From Candidatus Fermentithermobacillaceae bacterium (GTDB taxonomy: Bacteria > Bacillota > Sulfobacillia > Fermentithermobacillales > Fermentithermobacillaceae), in contig DULO01000034.1 in the NCBI GenBank assembly GCA_012840345.1, positions 3,013 through 67,012 of the forward strand: a stretch of 64,000 nucleotides of DNA, written 5' to 3'. Within the stretch, counting starts at the first letter, position 1, and the number at the start of each line of letters is the position of its first letter. Position numbers and translations under genes: made by a program. This document shows, piece after piece, positions 8,515 to 19,178 of this stretch. The notes under the pieces are model-generated. The model was not told where the DNA came from. It was given only the letters and a program-made list of their open reading frames with translations, and did not search any database.

Positions 8515-9933
8515 GTGACCGTCAAAGCGCAAAAGGGGCTTCGGTACATTGATGAGAAGAGTGAGTTCCTGACCCGGCTTTCCGACGAGATTTGGGGATA
8601 CGCCGAGCTCGGTCTTCGCGAGTACAAGTCAGCCGAGTGCCTGGCTAAAGCCCTTGAGGAGGAAGGCTTCACCGTAAGGCGCGGTGTGGCCGGTATGCCA
8701 ACGGCGTTCGAGGCTACGTGGGGCGAAGGATCGCCTGTCATCGGGTTCTTGGCGGAGTACGATGCACTGCCGGGCGTTTCTCAGAAAGCCATTCCCGTAA
8801 GAGAAGAACTGGTTCCAGGCGGCCCGGGGCACGGATGCGGACACAACCTTCTGGGAGTGGGCAGCCTCGCGGCGGCCATTGGCCTCAAGCACGAAATGGA
8901 GTCCCGCAAGATTAAAGGCACCGTGAAGTACTTCGGATGCCCTGCCGAGGAGAACTTCAGTGGAAAAGCGTTTATGGCGCGGGAAGGACTGTTCTCCGCC
9001 TGCGATGCGTGCATTACCTGGCACGCCGGAGCGTTCAACAGGGTAAAGACAGGGTCGTCCTTGGCCAACAACGCGATGAACGTCACCTTTTACGGACGCA
9101 CGGCTCACGCCGCCGGAGACCCGTATAACGGCAGGAGCGCCCTGGACGCGCTTCAACTAATGAACCTGGGCGTGGAATTCTTAAGAGAGCACATGCCCCC
9201 GAGGGCGAGGATACACTACGTCATTACCGACGGCGGCATGCAGCCAAACGTGGTGCCGGCGAGGGCCAGCGCATGGTACTTAATCCGGTCTCCCGAGCGG
9301 GAGCAGGTTGACGAACTCTACAGGCGGGTACTGAACTGCGCGTACGGCGCGGCCCAGATGACCGACACCCGGTGCGAAATCGAGCTTATAAAGGCCATCT
9401 GGAACGTGCTGCCCAACGACTCCCTTGGCGACCTCCTTGAGGAATGCTTCGAGAGAGTGGGACCCCCCAAGTTCTCAGCCGAGGATCTGGCTTTCGCCGA
9501 GGAAATCTCCAAGACTTTCGCTCCCGGACAGCGCGAGGCGGTGTTGAAGAAAGCGGGAATCCCGACGGAGTTTTGGGGACAAATACTCAACGATACAGTG
9601 ATCCCGCGCCCTGAGACGCCCCTTGACAGCGACGGTTCCACCGATGTGGCTGATTGCAGCTGGTGTTGTCCGACCAACGAAATCAGCGCGGCTTGCCATG
9701 CCATCGGGACTCCGGGACACTCCTGGCAGTACACGGCCCAAGCCGGCATGTCGATAGGGCACAAGGGCATGCTCACCGCCGGAAAAGTCATGGCCGAGGC
9801 GGGATTCGTCCTGATGACCGAACCGGACGTCTTGAGAAGGTGCAAAGAAGAGTTCCTGCGGAGGACCGGAGGAAAGAAGTACGTTTGCGCCATACCCGAA
9901 GGCCAGGGACCGAAGTTCGACCAGTTCAAGTAA
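8515..9933 (+). CDS. M20D-family amidohydrolase (AbgB/aminoacylase-like metallopeptidase)
   Basis: 'GHGCGHNLLG' metal-binding motif. Roughly 470 aa, typical of AbgB/HipO-like enzymes. GTG start. Confidence 0.7.
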   Translation: MTVKAQKGLRYIDEKSEFLTRLSDEIWGYAELGLREYKSAECLAKALEEEGFTVRRGVAGMPTAFEATWGEGSPVIGFLAEYDALPGVSQKAIPVREELVPGGPGHGCGHNLLGVGSLAAAIGLKHEMESRKIKGTVKYFGCPAEENFSGKAFMAREGLFSACDACITWHAGAFNRVKTGSSLANNAMNVTFYGRTAHAAGDPYNGRSALDALQLMNLGVEFLREHMPPRARIHYVITDGGMQPNVVPARASAWYLIRSPEREQVDELYRRVLNCAYGAAQMTDTRCEIELIKAIWNVLPNDSLGDLLEECFERVGPPKFSAEDLAFAEEISKTFAPGQREAVLKKAGIPTEFWGQILNDTVIPRPETPLDSDGSTDVADCSWCCPTNEISAACHAIGTPGHSWQYTAQAGMSIGHKGMLTAGKVMAEAGFVLMTEPDVLRRCKEEFLRRTGGKKYVCAIPEGQGPKFDQFK

Positions 9934-9956
9934 GGCGAAGCATTGGACAACAACAG

Positions 9957-9993
9957 CCTGCCGCCGACACCTCAGTCGGCGGCAGGTTTGTGA
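9957..9993 (+). terminator. Rho-independent terminator after the M20 gene
   Basis: 'cctgccgccgac acctca gtcggcggcagg' 12-bp stem, then 'tttgtg'. Confidence 0.6.
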
Positions 9994-10049
9994 TCCTATG
10001 GTTCTGTCACCCTGTCAGAATGCCAATAGGAGGGTGGCCTGCAAAGCGC

Positions 10050-13000
10050 CTACTCCTCCAGCTTTCTCACTTTCAAGAGCGATCCGTGCCCGTTCAAATC
10101 CCAGGCGAAGAACCCATCCTTTTCTGTGCCCTCTTCATGGATCTTGAGTTCTTCATTAGGCAGGACGCTGACTCTAAGGTCGTCGCAGAGTGTATCGCCC
10201 TTGATGTCATCCTTATGGGCCCGAATGGCCGCGTCCACCGTGCCGTCGCACACGACTTCCAAAGCGATGTGGTCCGTAACGTTAAGGCCCTGGTTCTTTC
10301 TCATGGTCTGCACCTTGGAGACCACTTCTCGGGCAATGCCTTCCAAGAGCAGGTCTTCGTCGATTTCGGTGTCCAGTATGACGAAGGTGTTCCCCTCCAT
10401 CTCCACCGCGAAGCCTTCACGGGCTTTGATGCGGATGTCCACATCCTCACGGGAAAGCGTCACTGTTTCCCCATTTACCTGGATGGGGAGGGAGCCGTCC
10501 CGTTCCACGGCTTGAGCCGCCTCCGCGGGGTCTACCTGGGAGAGGGCAGCCATCACGCCGCGCAGGAGCTTGCCGTACTTGGGCCCCGCGATAGGCAGGT
10601 TTGGCCTTACTTCATACAAAACGTAGTCTTGGAGATTCTCAAGGTACACGATCTCCTTGACGTTTAATTCCTCTTTGACCAGGCTCTCCATCTGGGTCAG
10701 CGTCGGCTTGAGGCTGCCGTTCACGTACATCTTTCTAAGCGGCTGCCTCACTTTGATCTGGACCTTGTTCCTGACCGACCGGCCCAAGGAGACAAGGGTG
10801 ATCACAAGTCCCATGCGGGCCTCCAGGTCCGGATCCACGAGATCCTTGTCGCAAACCGGGAATTCCTCCAGGTGGACCGAATCCAAGGCGGTGCCGCCGG
10901 TAAGGTTCAGGTAGATGTCTTCAGGAACAAACGGCGCGAACGGGGCCATGACCTTGCATACGCCCAAGAGCACCTCGTAGAGGGTCCTGTAGGCCGAATT
11001 CTTATCCAGGTCAAACTCGGTGGACCAGAACCGCTCGCGGCTCCTCCTGACGTACCAGTTTGAGACCTCGTCCACCACGAAACTGCTTATAGCGCGCACC
11101 ACTTTGGTAAGCTCGTAGCTCTCCATCCATTCGCCGATTTGGGCGTACAAGGAGTTGAGCCTGGATATGATCCACCTGTCTATCTCAGGCCGATCTTTGA
11201 CCGGGATATCTATGGTCTTCGGGTCCAACCCATCGATGTTGGCGTATAGAGTGAAGAATGAGTAGACGTTCTGCAGCGTCCCGAAGAACCGCACCGCCAC
11301 CTCTTTCACGCCGTCGTGGTCAAAACGGGTAGGAACCCAAGGCGGCGATACCGCGATGAGGTACCACCTCAAGGCGTCGACGCCGAACCGGTCGATCACT
11401 TCCCACGGGTCTACCGTGTTGCCCTTTGACTTGGACATCTTCTGGCCGTCTTTGTCCAAGACCAAGTCGTTCACAAGTACCTGTTTGAAGCAGGACTCGC
11501 CGAACAAGAAGGTTGATATGGCCATAAGCGAGTAGAACCAACCGCGGGTCTGGTCAACACCTTCGCATATGAAGTCCGCGGGGAAGTACTCGTGGAAATC
11601 GTCCTTGTGCTCGAATGGGTAGTGCAACTGGCCGTAGGGCATTGAACCCGAGTCGAACCAGCAGTCGATGACTTCAGGAGTTCTGGTCATCAGGCCGCCG
11701 CACTCGCAACGGAAGTGGATGTCATCAACAAACGGCCGGTGCAAGTCTATGGTGTTCGGGTCTACCTTCTCGATGGCGTTTTCGGCAAGTTCCTTCCTGG
11801 AACCTATGGACTTGAGTTTCCCGCAGGTCCCACACCTCCAGATATTGAGCGGAGTGCCCCAATACCTGCTGCGGGACAAAGCCCAGTCCACGAGGTTCTC
11901 CAGCCAGTTTCCGAACCTCCCCGTGCCCACGTGCTCCGGGAACCACTTGACCTTCTTGTTGGCTTCGATCAAACGGTCCCGGTACTTGGTGGTGGCGATG
12001 TACCACGACTTCCTCGCTGTATAGAGGAGCGGGGTGTCGCACCTCCAGCAGTGGGGATACGAGTGGGTCATGCGCTCCCGCTTAAAAAGCTTCCCCTCGT
12101 GCTGAAGTTTCCTGGTTATCTGTGGGTCGGCGACCTTTACGGGGACTCCCGCCCAGTCGGTCACCTCGGGAACGAACTTGCCCTCTTCGTCAACCAGCTG
12201 GAGCATGGGAAGGCCGTATTTCATCCCAGTCCGGTAGTCGTCCTCGCCGAACGCCGGAGCGGTGTGCACCATTCCGGTACCGTCCTCGGTGGAGACGTAG
12301 TCAGCGCAAACAACGTAGAACGCCTTCTCTTTGGGCACGACAAAGGGGAAGAGCTGCTCGTACTCGAGATACTCAAGGTCCTTGCCCTTCATCTCGGACA
12401 GAATCTCAGCGTCCTTGCCCAGCACGTGGGCCACGCGCTCCTTCACGAGGTAGTAGATTTCATCCCCGAGACGGGCGCGGACGTAAGTGTTCTCCGGGTT
12501 GACTGCTACCGCCACGTTGGAGGGCAAAGTCCAGGGAGTGGTAGTCCAGATGAGGATGTACTCGTTTTCCTTGCCCCTAACCTTCAGCTTCACGTACACG
12601 GTATCCAAGGTTTCGTCCTTGTAACCGAGTGCGACCTCGTGGGACGCCAAGGCCGTCCCGCACCTCGGGCAATAGGGGAGGATCTTGTGGCCTTCGTAGA
12701 TGAGCCCTTCGTCGAAGTACCGCTTCAGGATCCACCAGACCGTCTCCACGTAGTCGTTGTTCAGGGTGACGTACGGGTGGTCCAAATCGATCCAGTATGC
12801 GATTCTCTCGGTAAGCCTCCGCCACTCCTTCTCGTAAGTAAAGACGGACTCCCTGCACATCTGGTTAAATGGCAGGATGCCATAGTTCTCGATATCCTTC
12901 TTCGAGGAAAGCCCGAGCTTCTTCTCGACCTCGATCTCGACCGGAAGCCCGTGGGTGTCCCACCCGGCCTTGCGGCGCACCAAGTATCCCTGCATCGTCT

Positions 13001-13220
13001 TGTAGCGGCAGACAATGTCCTTCAGAGTCCTCGCCAAGACGTGGTGGATTCCAGGAAGGCCGTTGGCTGTAGGCGGCCCCTCGTAGAAGATAAACTGCGG
13101 CCTGCCTTCCCGTTCGGTCATGCTTCTGGCCGGGATGTCTTTCTCGTCCCAGTACTGAAGTATCCTCTCCTCCCGGGCGTTGACCGGGGCCTTGGGATCT
13201 ACTTCTCTAAACACAGCCAT
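10050..13220 (-). CDS. ileS: Isoleucyl-tRNA synthetase, type 2 (about 1050 aa, archaeal/eukaryote-like form)
   Basis: Class I aaRS with 'PPTANGLPGIHH' HIGH region and 'KMSKSKGN' KMSKS motif. Editing and anticodon-binding regions present. Confidence 0.9.
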   Translation of the reverse strand: MAVFREVDPKAPVNAREERILQYWDEKDIPARSMTEREGRPQFIFYEGPPTANGLPGIHHVLARTLKDIVCRYKTMQGYLVRRKAGWDTHGLPVEIEVEKKLGLSSKKDIENYGILPFNQMCRESVFTYEKEWRRLTERIAYWIDLDHPYVTLNNDYVETVWWILKRYFDEGLIYEGHKILPYCPRCGTALASHEVALGYKDETLDTVYVKLKVRGKENEYILIWTTTPWTLPSNVAVAVNPENTYVRARLGDEIYYLVKERVAHVLGKDAEILSEMKGKDLEYLEYEQLFPFVVPKEKAFYVVCADYVSTEDGTGMVHTAPAFGEDDYRTGMKYGLPMLQLVDEEGKFVPEVTDWAGVPVKVADPQITRKLQHEGKLFKRERMTHSYPHCWRCDTPLLYTARKSWYIATTKYRDRLIEANKKVKWFPEHVGTGRFGNWLENLVDWALSRSRYWGTPLNIWRCGTCGKLKSIGSRKELAENAIEKVDPNTIDLHRPFVDDIHFRCECGGLMTRTPEVIDCWFDSGSMPYGQLHYPFEHKDDFHEYFPADFICEGVDQTRGWFYSLMAISTFLFGESCFKQVLVNDLVLDKDGQKMSKSKGNTVDPWEVIDRFGVDALRWYLIAVSPPWVPTRFDHDGVKEVAVRFFGTLQNVYSFFTLYANIDGLDPKTIDIPVKDRPEIDRWIISRLNSLYAQIGEWMESYELTKVVRAISSFVVDEVSNWYVRRSRERFWSTEFDLDKNSAYRTLYEVLLGVCKVMAPFAPFVPEDIYLNLTGGTALDSVHLEEFPVCDKDLVDPDLEARMGLVITLVSLGRSVRNKVQIKVRQPLRKMYVNGSLKPTLTQMESLVKEELNVKEIVYLENLQDYVLYEVRPNLPIAGPKYGKLLRGVMAALSQVDPAEAAQAVERDGSLPIQVNGETVTLSREDVDIRIKAREGFAVEMEGNTFVILDTEIDEDLLLEGIAREVVSKVQTMRKNQGLNVTDHIALEVVCDGTVDAAIRAHKDDIKGDTLCDDLRVSVLPNEELKIHEEGTEKDGFFAWDLNGHGSLLKVRKLEE

Positions 13221-13269
13221 GTTTCATACCCCCGATACCTGTCTATCTTTCCCGCATGTCCATCAGTCT

Positions 13270-13530
13270 GGTACTGCGCCGAAAATGAAAATCGCCCCGT
13301 GTTGGGGCGAAAGGATTCGCGGTACCACCCAGCTTAGTCCGGCGCGGGCACAGGAACTACCGTGCCTTCACACCGGATTAACTTTGCTGCCGTGTAACGC
13401 CGGCAAGACGGACGCGCCTACTCTAGATTCAGCCGCCGGCTCAGAGGTGATTTTCGATGGCTCGTGAACACCGGCATCTCACCGCCCGCCGGCTCTCTTG
13501 GTCCCGTGGCCAGCTACTCGTCCTCATCAA
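13270..13530 (-). promoter_or_regulatory. T-box riboswitch leader of ileS
   Basis: On the minus strand, 'GGGUGGUACCGCGAAUCC' is the T-box consensus (plus-strand 'cgcggtaccaccc' at 13317-13329). Immediately followed by terminator 'CGCCCCAACACGGGGCG' plus 'AUUUUCAUUUU' (plus 13283-13316). Stem I and specifier not resolved by eye. Confidence 0.7.
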
Positions 13531-13870
13531 GGCCGTTAGCGTATTTTTCCCTATGATACTAGTTTTGTACGGTCTCGTCGAGAGTTCGCGAAGGGTTTGA
13601 CTTGCCGCGCGACTGAGAACAGCCGCCTCAGGCCGGTTAGGATGCGGAGACGCCCCGTGCAAAAAAGTGGCCGGATACCTGAATCAGCAGCGTGCGGGCT
13701 GTATCCGCCCGCGGGCCGGTGATGATGGGGAAGGACTCTAGGCATGATAGGAGAAAGAACGCGTAGGCCTAGAGCCCGCGCCCAAACGTCAGTTGGCCAG
13801 GAGGCACACACGGGGGCGTTTCCACAAAGCGCGCATGCACGACAAACAACCATCACGGGAGGTTATCGCT

Positions 13871-14233
13871 ATGCAGATTTTCAGCCTCGACAAGCTTCCG
13901 AAAGAAGTCTCCAAGGGAGGACTGTTCGTAGGAGGAGAGGTACAACGCTCGACCCTGCTTACCCCTCCTGAAAGCAAGTTCTTCAATGTGGCGCACGTAA
14001 TGTTCTCCCCGGGAGCCCGTAACCAACTCCACACTCACACAACCGACCAGATCTTGTTCGTTACCGGCGGACGCGGCATTTGCGCGACCGAACACGAGGA
14101 GAGGGAAGTCACCGTGGGAGACGTCATCGTGTTCCCGGCGGGGGAAAAACACTGGCACGGGGCCACAAAGGACTCCTACTTCTCCCACGTGTACGTTACC
14201 GGCGTCGACAGCGTAACGGCCAAAGCCGAGTAA
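13871..14233 (+). CDS. Cupin-domain protein (120 aa)
   Basis: 'HTHTTDQILFVTGGRG' and 'VIVFPAGEKHWHG' resemble cupin motifs 1 and 2. RBS 'gggagg' 9 nt upstream of ATG 13871. ORF is open from 13793. Confidence 0.55.
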   Translation: MQIFSLDKLPKEVSKGGLFVGGEVQRSTLLTPPESKFFNVAHVMFSPGARNQLHTHTTDQILFVTGGRGICATEHEEREVTVGDVIVFPAGEKHWHGATKDSYFSHVYVTGVDSVTAKAE

Positions 14234-14400
14234 GCCCGGACGGCGCTGCCGGGACAAGCCGACCGGCCTAGACCCGGCACTCGCTAGAAGCAACAGAAGT
14301 GCTGAACGAAGCGGTGGGAGGGAGTCAAGCCGACCAAAACTTGACTTCTCTTCCACCGCTGGATTATCATCTCGGTGGACGACAACTTGTCCACGCCGTT

Positions 14401-15084
<684 letters not shown>

Positions 15085-15126
15085 GCGCGAGCGAGAGCAA
15101 TCCCGACGAGACTAGGAGGGTATGCT

Positions 15127-16059
15127 TTGACCTTACGAGGAAAAGACCTCTTGTCCTTGCGAGAGATGAGCCCGGAGGACATTGAGTCGGTCCTGTCCAC
15201 AGCCCGTTCCCTTAAGGAGATCTTGTCCAGGCCCCTAAAGAAGGTCCCGACGCTCCGGGGCAAAGTGGTTTGTACGCTGTTCTACGAAGCATCCACCAGG
15301 ACCAGGGCTTCATTTGAACTCGCCGCCAAGTACATGTCCGCGGATACCGTGTCATTGCAGCCCTCCGGCTCGTCGGTTCAAAAAGGCGAAACACTTTCGG
15401 ATACCGCCAGGAATCTGGAAGTCATGGGGACCGACGTGGTGGTAATGCGCCACCCGGTTTCGGGAGCTTGCCACTTCTTAAGCAAGGTACTAGACATCCC
15501 CGTCATAAACGCCGGCGACGGCATGCACGAGCATCCAACTCAAGGCCTCTTGGACATCTTCACCATCCTTGAGTACAAGTCTAGGATACGCGGCTTGAAA
15601 GTCGCCATACTGGGCGACATCCTCCATTCCCGCGTCGCCCGGTCGGACATCTTCGGGCTCACGAAGATGGGCGCCCATGTGACCGTGGCAGGTCCTCCGA
15701 CATTACTGCCGCCGGGCTTGGAGGACCTGGGAGTGAAGGTCTGCAGGCGGGTAGAGGAAGCCCTGGAAGGCGCGGACGTAGTCTACGTGTTGAGGCTGCA
15801 GCTCGAGCGCCAAACCAAGGGCCTGTTCCCTTCGAAAAGGGAGTATCACGACTTCTTTGGCCTAAACAGGGAGAGGCTCAAGTATGCCAAGGAAGACGCG
15901 CTGGTGATGCATCCCGGCCCAATGAACCGCGGCGTGGAGATCACTACGGACGTCGCGGATTCGCCCAGAGCGGCCATACTCGACCAGGTCGTAAGCGGGG
16001 TCGCCGTACGGATGGCCGTCCTGTATCTAATCCTGGGAGGCGAGACTAGTGACTTATAA
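15127..16059 (+). CDS. pyrB: Aspartate carbamoyltransferase catalytic subunit
   Basis: 'STRTR' carbamoyl-phosphate motif and 'HPTQ'. TTG start. Confidence 0.9.
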   Translation: MTLRGKDLLSLREMSPEDIESVLSTARSLKEILSRPLKKVPTLRGKVVCTLFYEASTRTRASFELAAKYMSADTVSLQPSGSSVQKGETLSDTARNLEVMGTDVVVMRHPVSGACHFLSKVLDIPVINAGDGMHEHPTQGLLDIFTILEYKSRIRGLKVAILGDILHSRVARSDIFGLTKMGAHVTVAGPPTLLPPGLEDLGVKVCRRVEEALEGADVVYVLRLQLERQTKGLFPSKREYHDFFGLNRERLKYAKEDALVMHPGPMNRGVEITTDVADSPRAAILDQVVSGVAVRMAVLYLILGGETSDL

Positions 16060-17353
16060 CCTTTTGATACGGAGAGGAAGAGTCATTGATCCCGCCTCGG
16101 GACGCGACGAAGAGCTCGACCTCCTTATCCAAGGCGACAAGATCTCGGGGATGGCCAAGTCCATCCCGGAACCCGAAGGAGCCGAGATCGTCGACGCCGC
16201 GGGAAAGATTGTGCTCCCCGGCTTGATAGACATGCATGTTCACCTGCGGGAACCGGGTTTCGGGCATAAAGAGGACATAGATTCGGGGACCAAGGCCGCG
16301 GCCGCGGGAGGTTTCACCGCGGTGGCCTGCATGCCCAATACCGAACCGGCAATGGACAACGATTCGGTAGTGTACAGCGTGTTGCGCAGGGCGTCCGAAA
16401 AGGGGCACGTCAGGGTATACCCGGTAGGTGCCGTGACCAAAGGGCGGGCCGGGAAAGAGCTGGCGGAGATGGGCGAGATGCTGAAGGCAGGAGCGGTGGC
16501 GTTTTCCGATGACGGTTCGGCGGTCTCCACGTCCCACCTCATGCGCTGCGCCCTGGAGTACCTCACCGCTTTTGGAGCCCCCGTAATAGAGCATCCCGAG
16601 GACAAGTCCCTGTCCGAAGGAGGACAGATGAACCTCGGGCTTAACTCGACCATCGCGGGCTTTCGGGGGATCCCAAGAGAGGCGGAGGAGATAATCGTCG
16701 CCAGGGACATCGCGCTGGCGGGCCTTACTGGCGGGAAACTGCACCTCACTCACGTTTCCACGGCAGGCTCTCTTGAACTGGTGCGGAGGGCCAAGGCCCG
16801 GGGACTGAGGGTGACCTGCGACGTGACCCCTCACCACCTGCTCCTCACCGATGACATGGTGTTGGAGTCCGGGTACGACACGAACACCAAGGTCAACCCG
16901 CCGCTTCGCTCCAAGGAAGACGTGGAAGCGATGAAACAGGGGCTCATCGACGGCACCATCGACGCAATCGCCACCGACCACGCGCCCCATCACGTAGACG
17001 ACAAGTGGGTCGAGTATGATTACGCCGAACCGGGCATAAGCGGCCTGGAGACGGCCGTGGGCCTGATATTGGATAAGCTGGTGAGGCCAGGACTGATATC
17101 CTGGAGCAGGATGGCCGAGGCCATGAGCCTCGCGCCCGCGAAGATACTGGGCGTACCGGGAGGAGTCCTGAACGAGGGAGCCGTCGCGGACATTACCATC
17201 GTTGACCCTGAGAGGGAGTTCTCCGTCAACACCAGGGATTTCAAATCCAAAGGCAAGAACACGCCTTTCCAGGGCTGGAGACTAACGGGTATGCCCTGGA
17301 TGACTATAGTAGGCGGAAAGATAATCATGAGAAACGGAACAATAGTGTCATGA
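16049..17353 (+). CDS. pyrC: Dihydroorotase
   Basis: '[10 protein letters not shown]' metal-binding motif and 'ATDHAPH'. Overlaps the pyrB stop. Confidence 0.9.
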   Translation: MTYNLLIRRGRVIDPASGRDEELDLLIQGDKISGMAKSIPEPEGAEIVDAAGKIVLPGLIDMHVHLREPGFGHKEDIDSGTKAAAAGGFTAVACMPNTEPAMDNDSVVYSVLRRASEKGHVRVYPVGAVTKGRAGKELAEMGEMLKAGAVAFSDDGSAVSTSHLMRCALEYLTAFGAPVIEHPEDKSLSEGGQMNLGLNSTIAGFRGIPREAEEIIVARDIALAGLTGGKLHLTHVSTAGSLELVRRAKARGLRVTCDVTPHHLLLTDDMVLESGYDTNTKVNPPLRSKEDVEAMKQGLIDGTIDAIATDHAPHHVDDKWVEYDYAEPGISGLETAVGLILDKLVRPGLISWSRMAEAMSLAPAKILGVPGGVLNEGAVADITIVDPEREFSVNTRDFKSKGKNTPFQGWRLTGMPWMTIVGGKIIMRNGTIVS

Positions 17354-18255
17354 GCTTACTGGTTAACTCGAACACGATAGGCGCCGGCGCCGAGGAGGCA
17401 AGAGGCCATTCCGGCGGAGGAGCCTTACGAGAAATCTACGATGTGAATGCGCAAGTAGTGTCGGTAGCTGTCGTCCCGGGCGAGGTTTACCGGGCGAAGC
17501 TGGTCGCTCCCGAGATCGCGCGATCGGCCAGGCCCCTTCAGTTCGTGAACGTAGAAGTGTCCCAAGGGCCGCACCCTTTCTTGAGGCGGCCTTTTAGCCT
17601 TTCCTGGTTCAGCGCGGCCGAGGGACTCATCGAGATCACCTGGGCAGTCGTGGGGGAAGGCTCCAAGATAATGACGCAGTGGGAAACCGGCACCGAGGTC
17701 CGGGTCCTCGGACCTCTGGGCAACGGGTTCAGCCTCAAAGATATCAAGGGAGAAGCCCTCCAGAACGCAGACCGGCCGCGTTTGTGGTTGGTGGGCGGAG
17801 GCACCGGGCTTCTGCCGATGTACCCGCTGGCGAAAGAAGCCGCCTCACAAGGATGGGAGGTTGCCCTGTTTTACGGCGCCAGGTCAATGGCCCAGGTCAT
17901 GGACACCTCGAGGTTCGTCAAAGCCGGATGCCGCGTGATAGTTGCCACCGAGGACGGGACTTACGGGTCTAGAGGCAGGGTCACCGACCTTCTGGAGCCG
18001 GTTATCCCAGAGTTGGGGCACGAAGACGTTATCGTGGCCTGCGGCCCTGTGCCCATGCTCCGGTCCGTCAAGAATCTTATGGCTCTTTCGGCCGCCCCGC
18101 TGTACGTCTCCCTGGAATCCCGAATGGCCTGCGGCACAGGCTTATGCAAAGGATGCGCGGTAAGAGCCGCCGGCGATGAAGAGAAGTATTACCACGTGTG
18201 CTCCGACGGCCCAGTATTCAGGGCGGACCAGGTTGAACTGGGGGGTGCGCCTTAA
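17350..18255 (+). CDS. pyrK: Dihydroorotate dehydrogenase electron-transfer subunit. True start probably internal, near 17442.
   Basis: FAD/NAD-binding ferredoxin-reductase fold. C-terminal 'CGTGLCKGC' 2Fe-2S cysteines. Overlaps the pyrC stop. Confidence 0.8.
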   Translation: MSLLVNSNTIGAGAEEARGHSGGGALREIYDVNAQVVSVAVVPGEVYRAKLVAPEIARSARPLQFVNVEVSQGPHPFLRRPFSLSWFSAAEGLIEITWAVVGEGSKIMTQWETGTEVRVLGPLGNGFSLKDIKGEALQNADRPRLWLVGGGTGLLPMYPLAKEAASQGWEVALFYGARSMAQVMDTSRFVKAGCRVIVATEDGTYGSRGRVTDLLEPVIPELGHEDVIVACGPVPMLRSVKNLMALSAAPLYVSLESRMACGTGLCKGCAVRAAGDEEKYYHVCSDGPVFRADQVELGGAP

Positions 18256-18257
18256 TA

Positions 18258-19175
18258 ATGGGCCATACGGACCTGTCTTTAGACTTCGCGGGCATTAAGA
18301 TGAAGAACCCGATAGCGGCCGCTTCGGGAGTGTTCGGGTACGGGGAAGAGTACTCGAGAATAGGCGACATCCGCGCCTTTGGCGCCGTATCTGTTAAGGG
18401 AACCACGTTGAAGCCCAGGGCGGGAAACCCGCCGCCCAGGGTTGCTGAGACTCCCGCGGGCATGCTGAACTCCATCGGCCTGGAAAACCCGGGCGCCAAG
18501 GTCGCCGCGGAAGAGAAGATCCCCTGGTTAAGGCAGTTCGGCGTCCCTATCATAGTCAACATCTCGGCCGATACATACGAGGAGTTCTCCGAGTTGGGGA
18601 CCATTTTCAAAGACGTCGAGGGAGTATCCGCGTTAGAGGTGAACGTCTCCTGCCCAAACGTAAGGGCAGGTGGGATGGCCTTCGGACTGGATCCACGTTC
18701 GTGCTACAGGGCCGCGAAAGCGGTCAAAGACGCCTTCGGGGGCACGGTGATCGTCAAACTGAGCCCCAACGCGGCCGATATAACGGCGGTCGCGAGGGCG
18801 GCGGTGGAAGGCGGGGCGGACGCCTTGTCCCTCATCAACACCCTTCTGGGAATGGCTATCGATATCCGGAGCCGCAAACCGCTCTTGGGAAATATCACCG
18901 GGGGACTGTCGGGTCCCGCCATCAAACCCGTGGCTTTGCGCTGCGTGTACCAGGTAGCTCAAGCCGTAACAGTCCCCATTATGGGGATGGGCGGGATCCG
19001 TTCGTGGGAAGACGTTGTAGAGTTCATGCTGGCGGGAGCGTCCGCCGTGGCAGTAGGCGCATCGCTCTTGGTCGACCCGCTGCTGCCCGAGAGGCTTACT
19101 CGCGAACTGGCCGGATACTGCGCGCGGGAAGGGATCGGAAACCCCGGCGAGCTGGTCGGCGCCGCTTGGCGGTGA
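18258..19175 (+). CDS. pyrD: Dihydroorotate dehydrogenase 1B catalytic subunit
   Basis: Class 1 DHODH motifs 'NSIGLENPG', 'ALEVNVSCPN' and 'GMGGI'. Confidence 0.9.
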   Translation: MGHTDLSLDFAGIKMKNPIAAASGVFGYGEEYSRIGDIRAFGAVSVKGTTLKPRAGNPPPRVAETPAGMLNSIGLENPGAKVAAEEKIPWLRQFGVPIIVNISADTYEEFSELGTIFKDVEGVSALEVNVSCPNVRAGGMAFGLDPRSCYRAAKAVKDAFGGTVIVKLSPNAADITAVARAAVEGGADALSLINTLLGMAIDIRSRKPLLGNITGGLSGPAIKPVALRCVYQVAQAVTVPIMGMGGIRSWEDVVEFMLAGASAVAVGASLLVDPLLPERLTRELAGYCAREGIGNPGELVGAAWR

Positions 19176-19178
19176 CAA

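Noticed and set aside
11715-13337. 540-aa plus-strand ORF inside ileS
   Set aside because: It lies antisense to a confidently identified ileS (HIGH/KMSKS motifs) and has a Pro/Arg/Gly-rich composition typical of GC-rich shadow frames.
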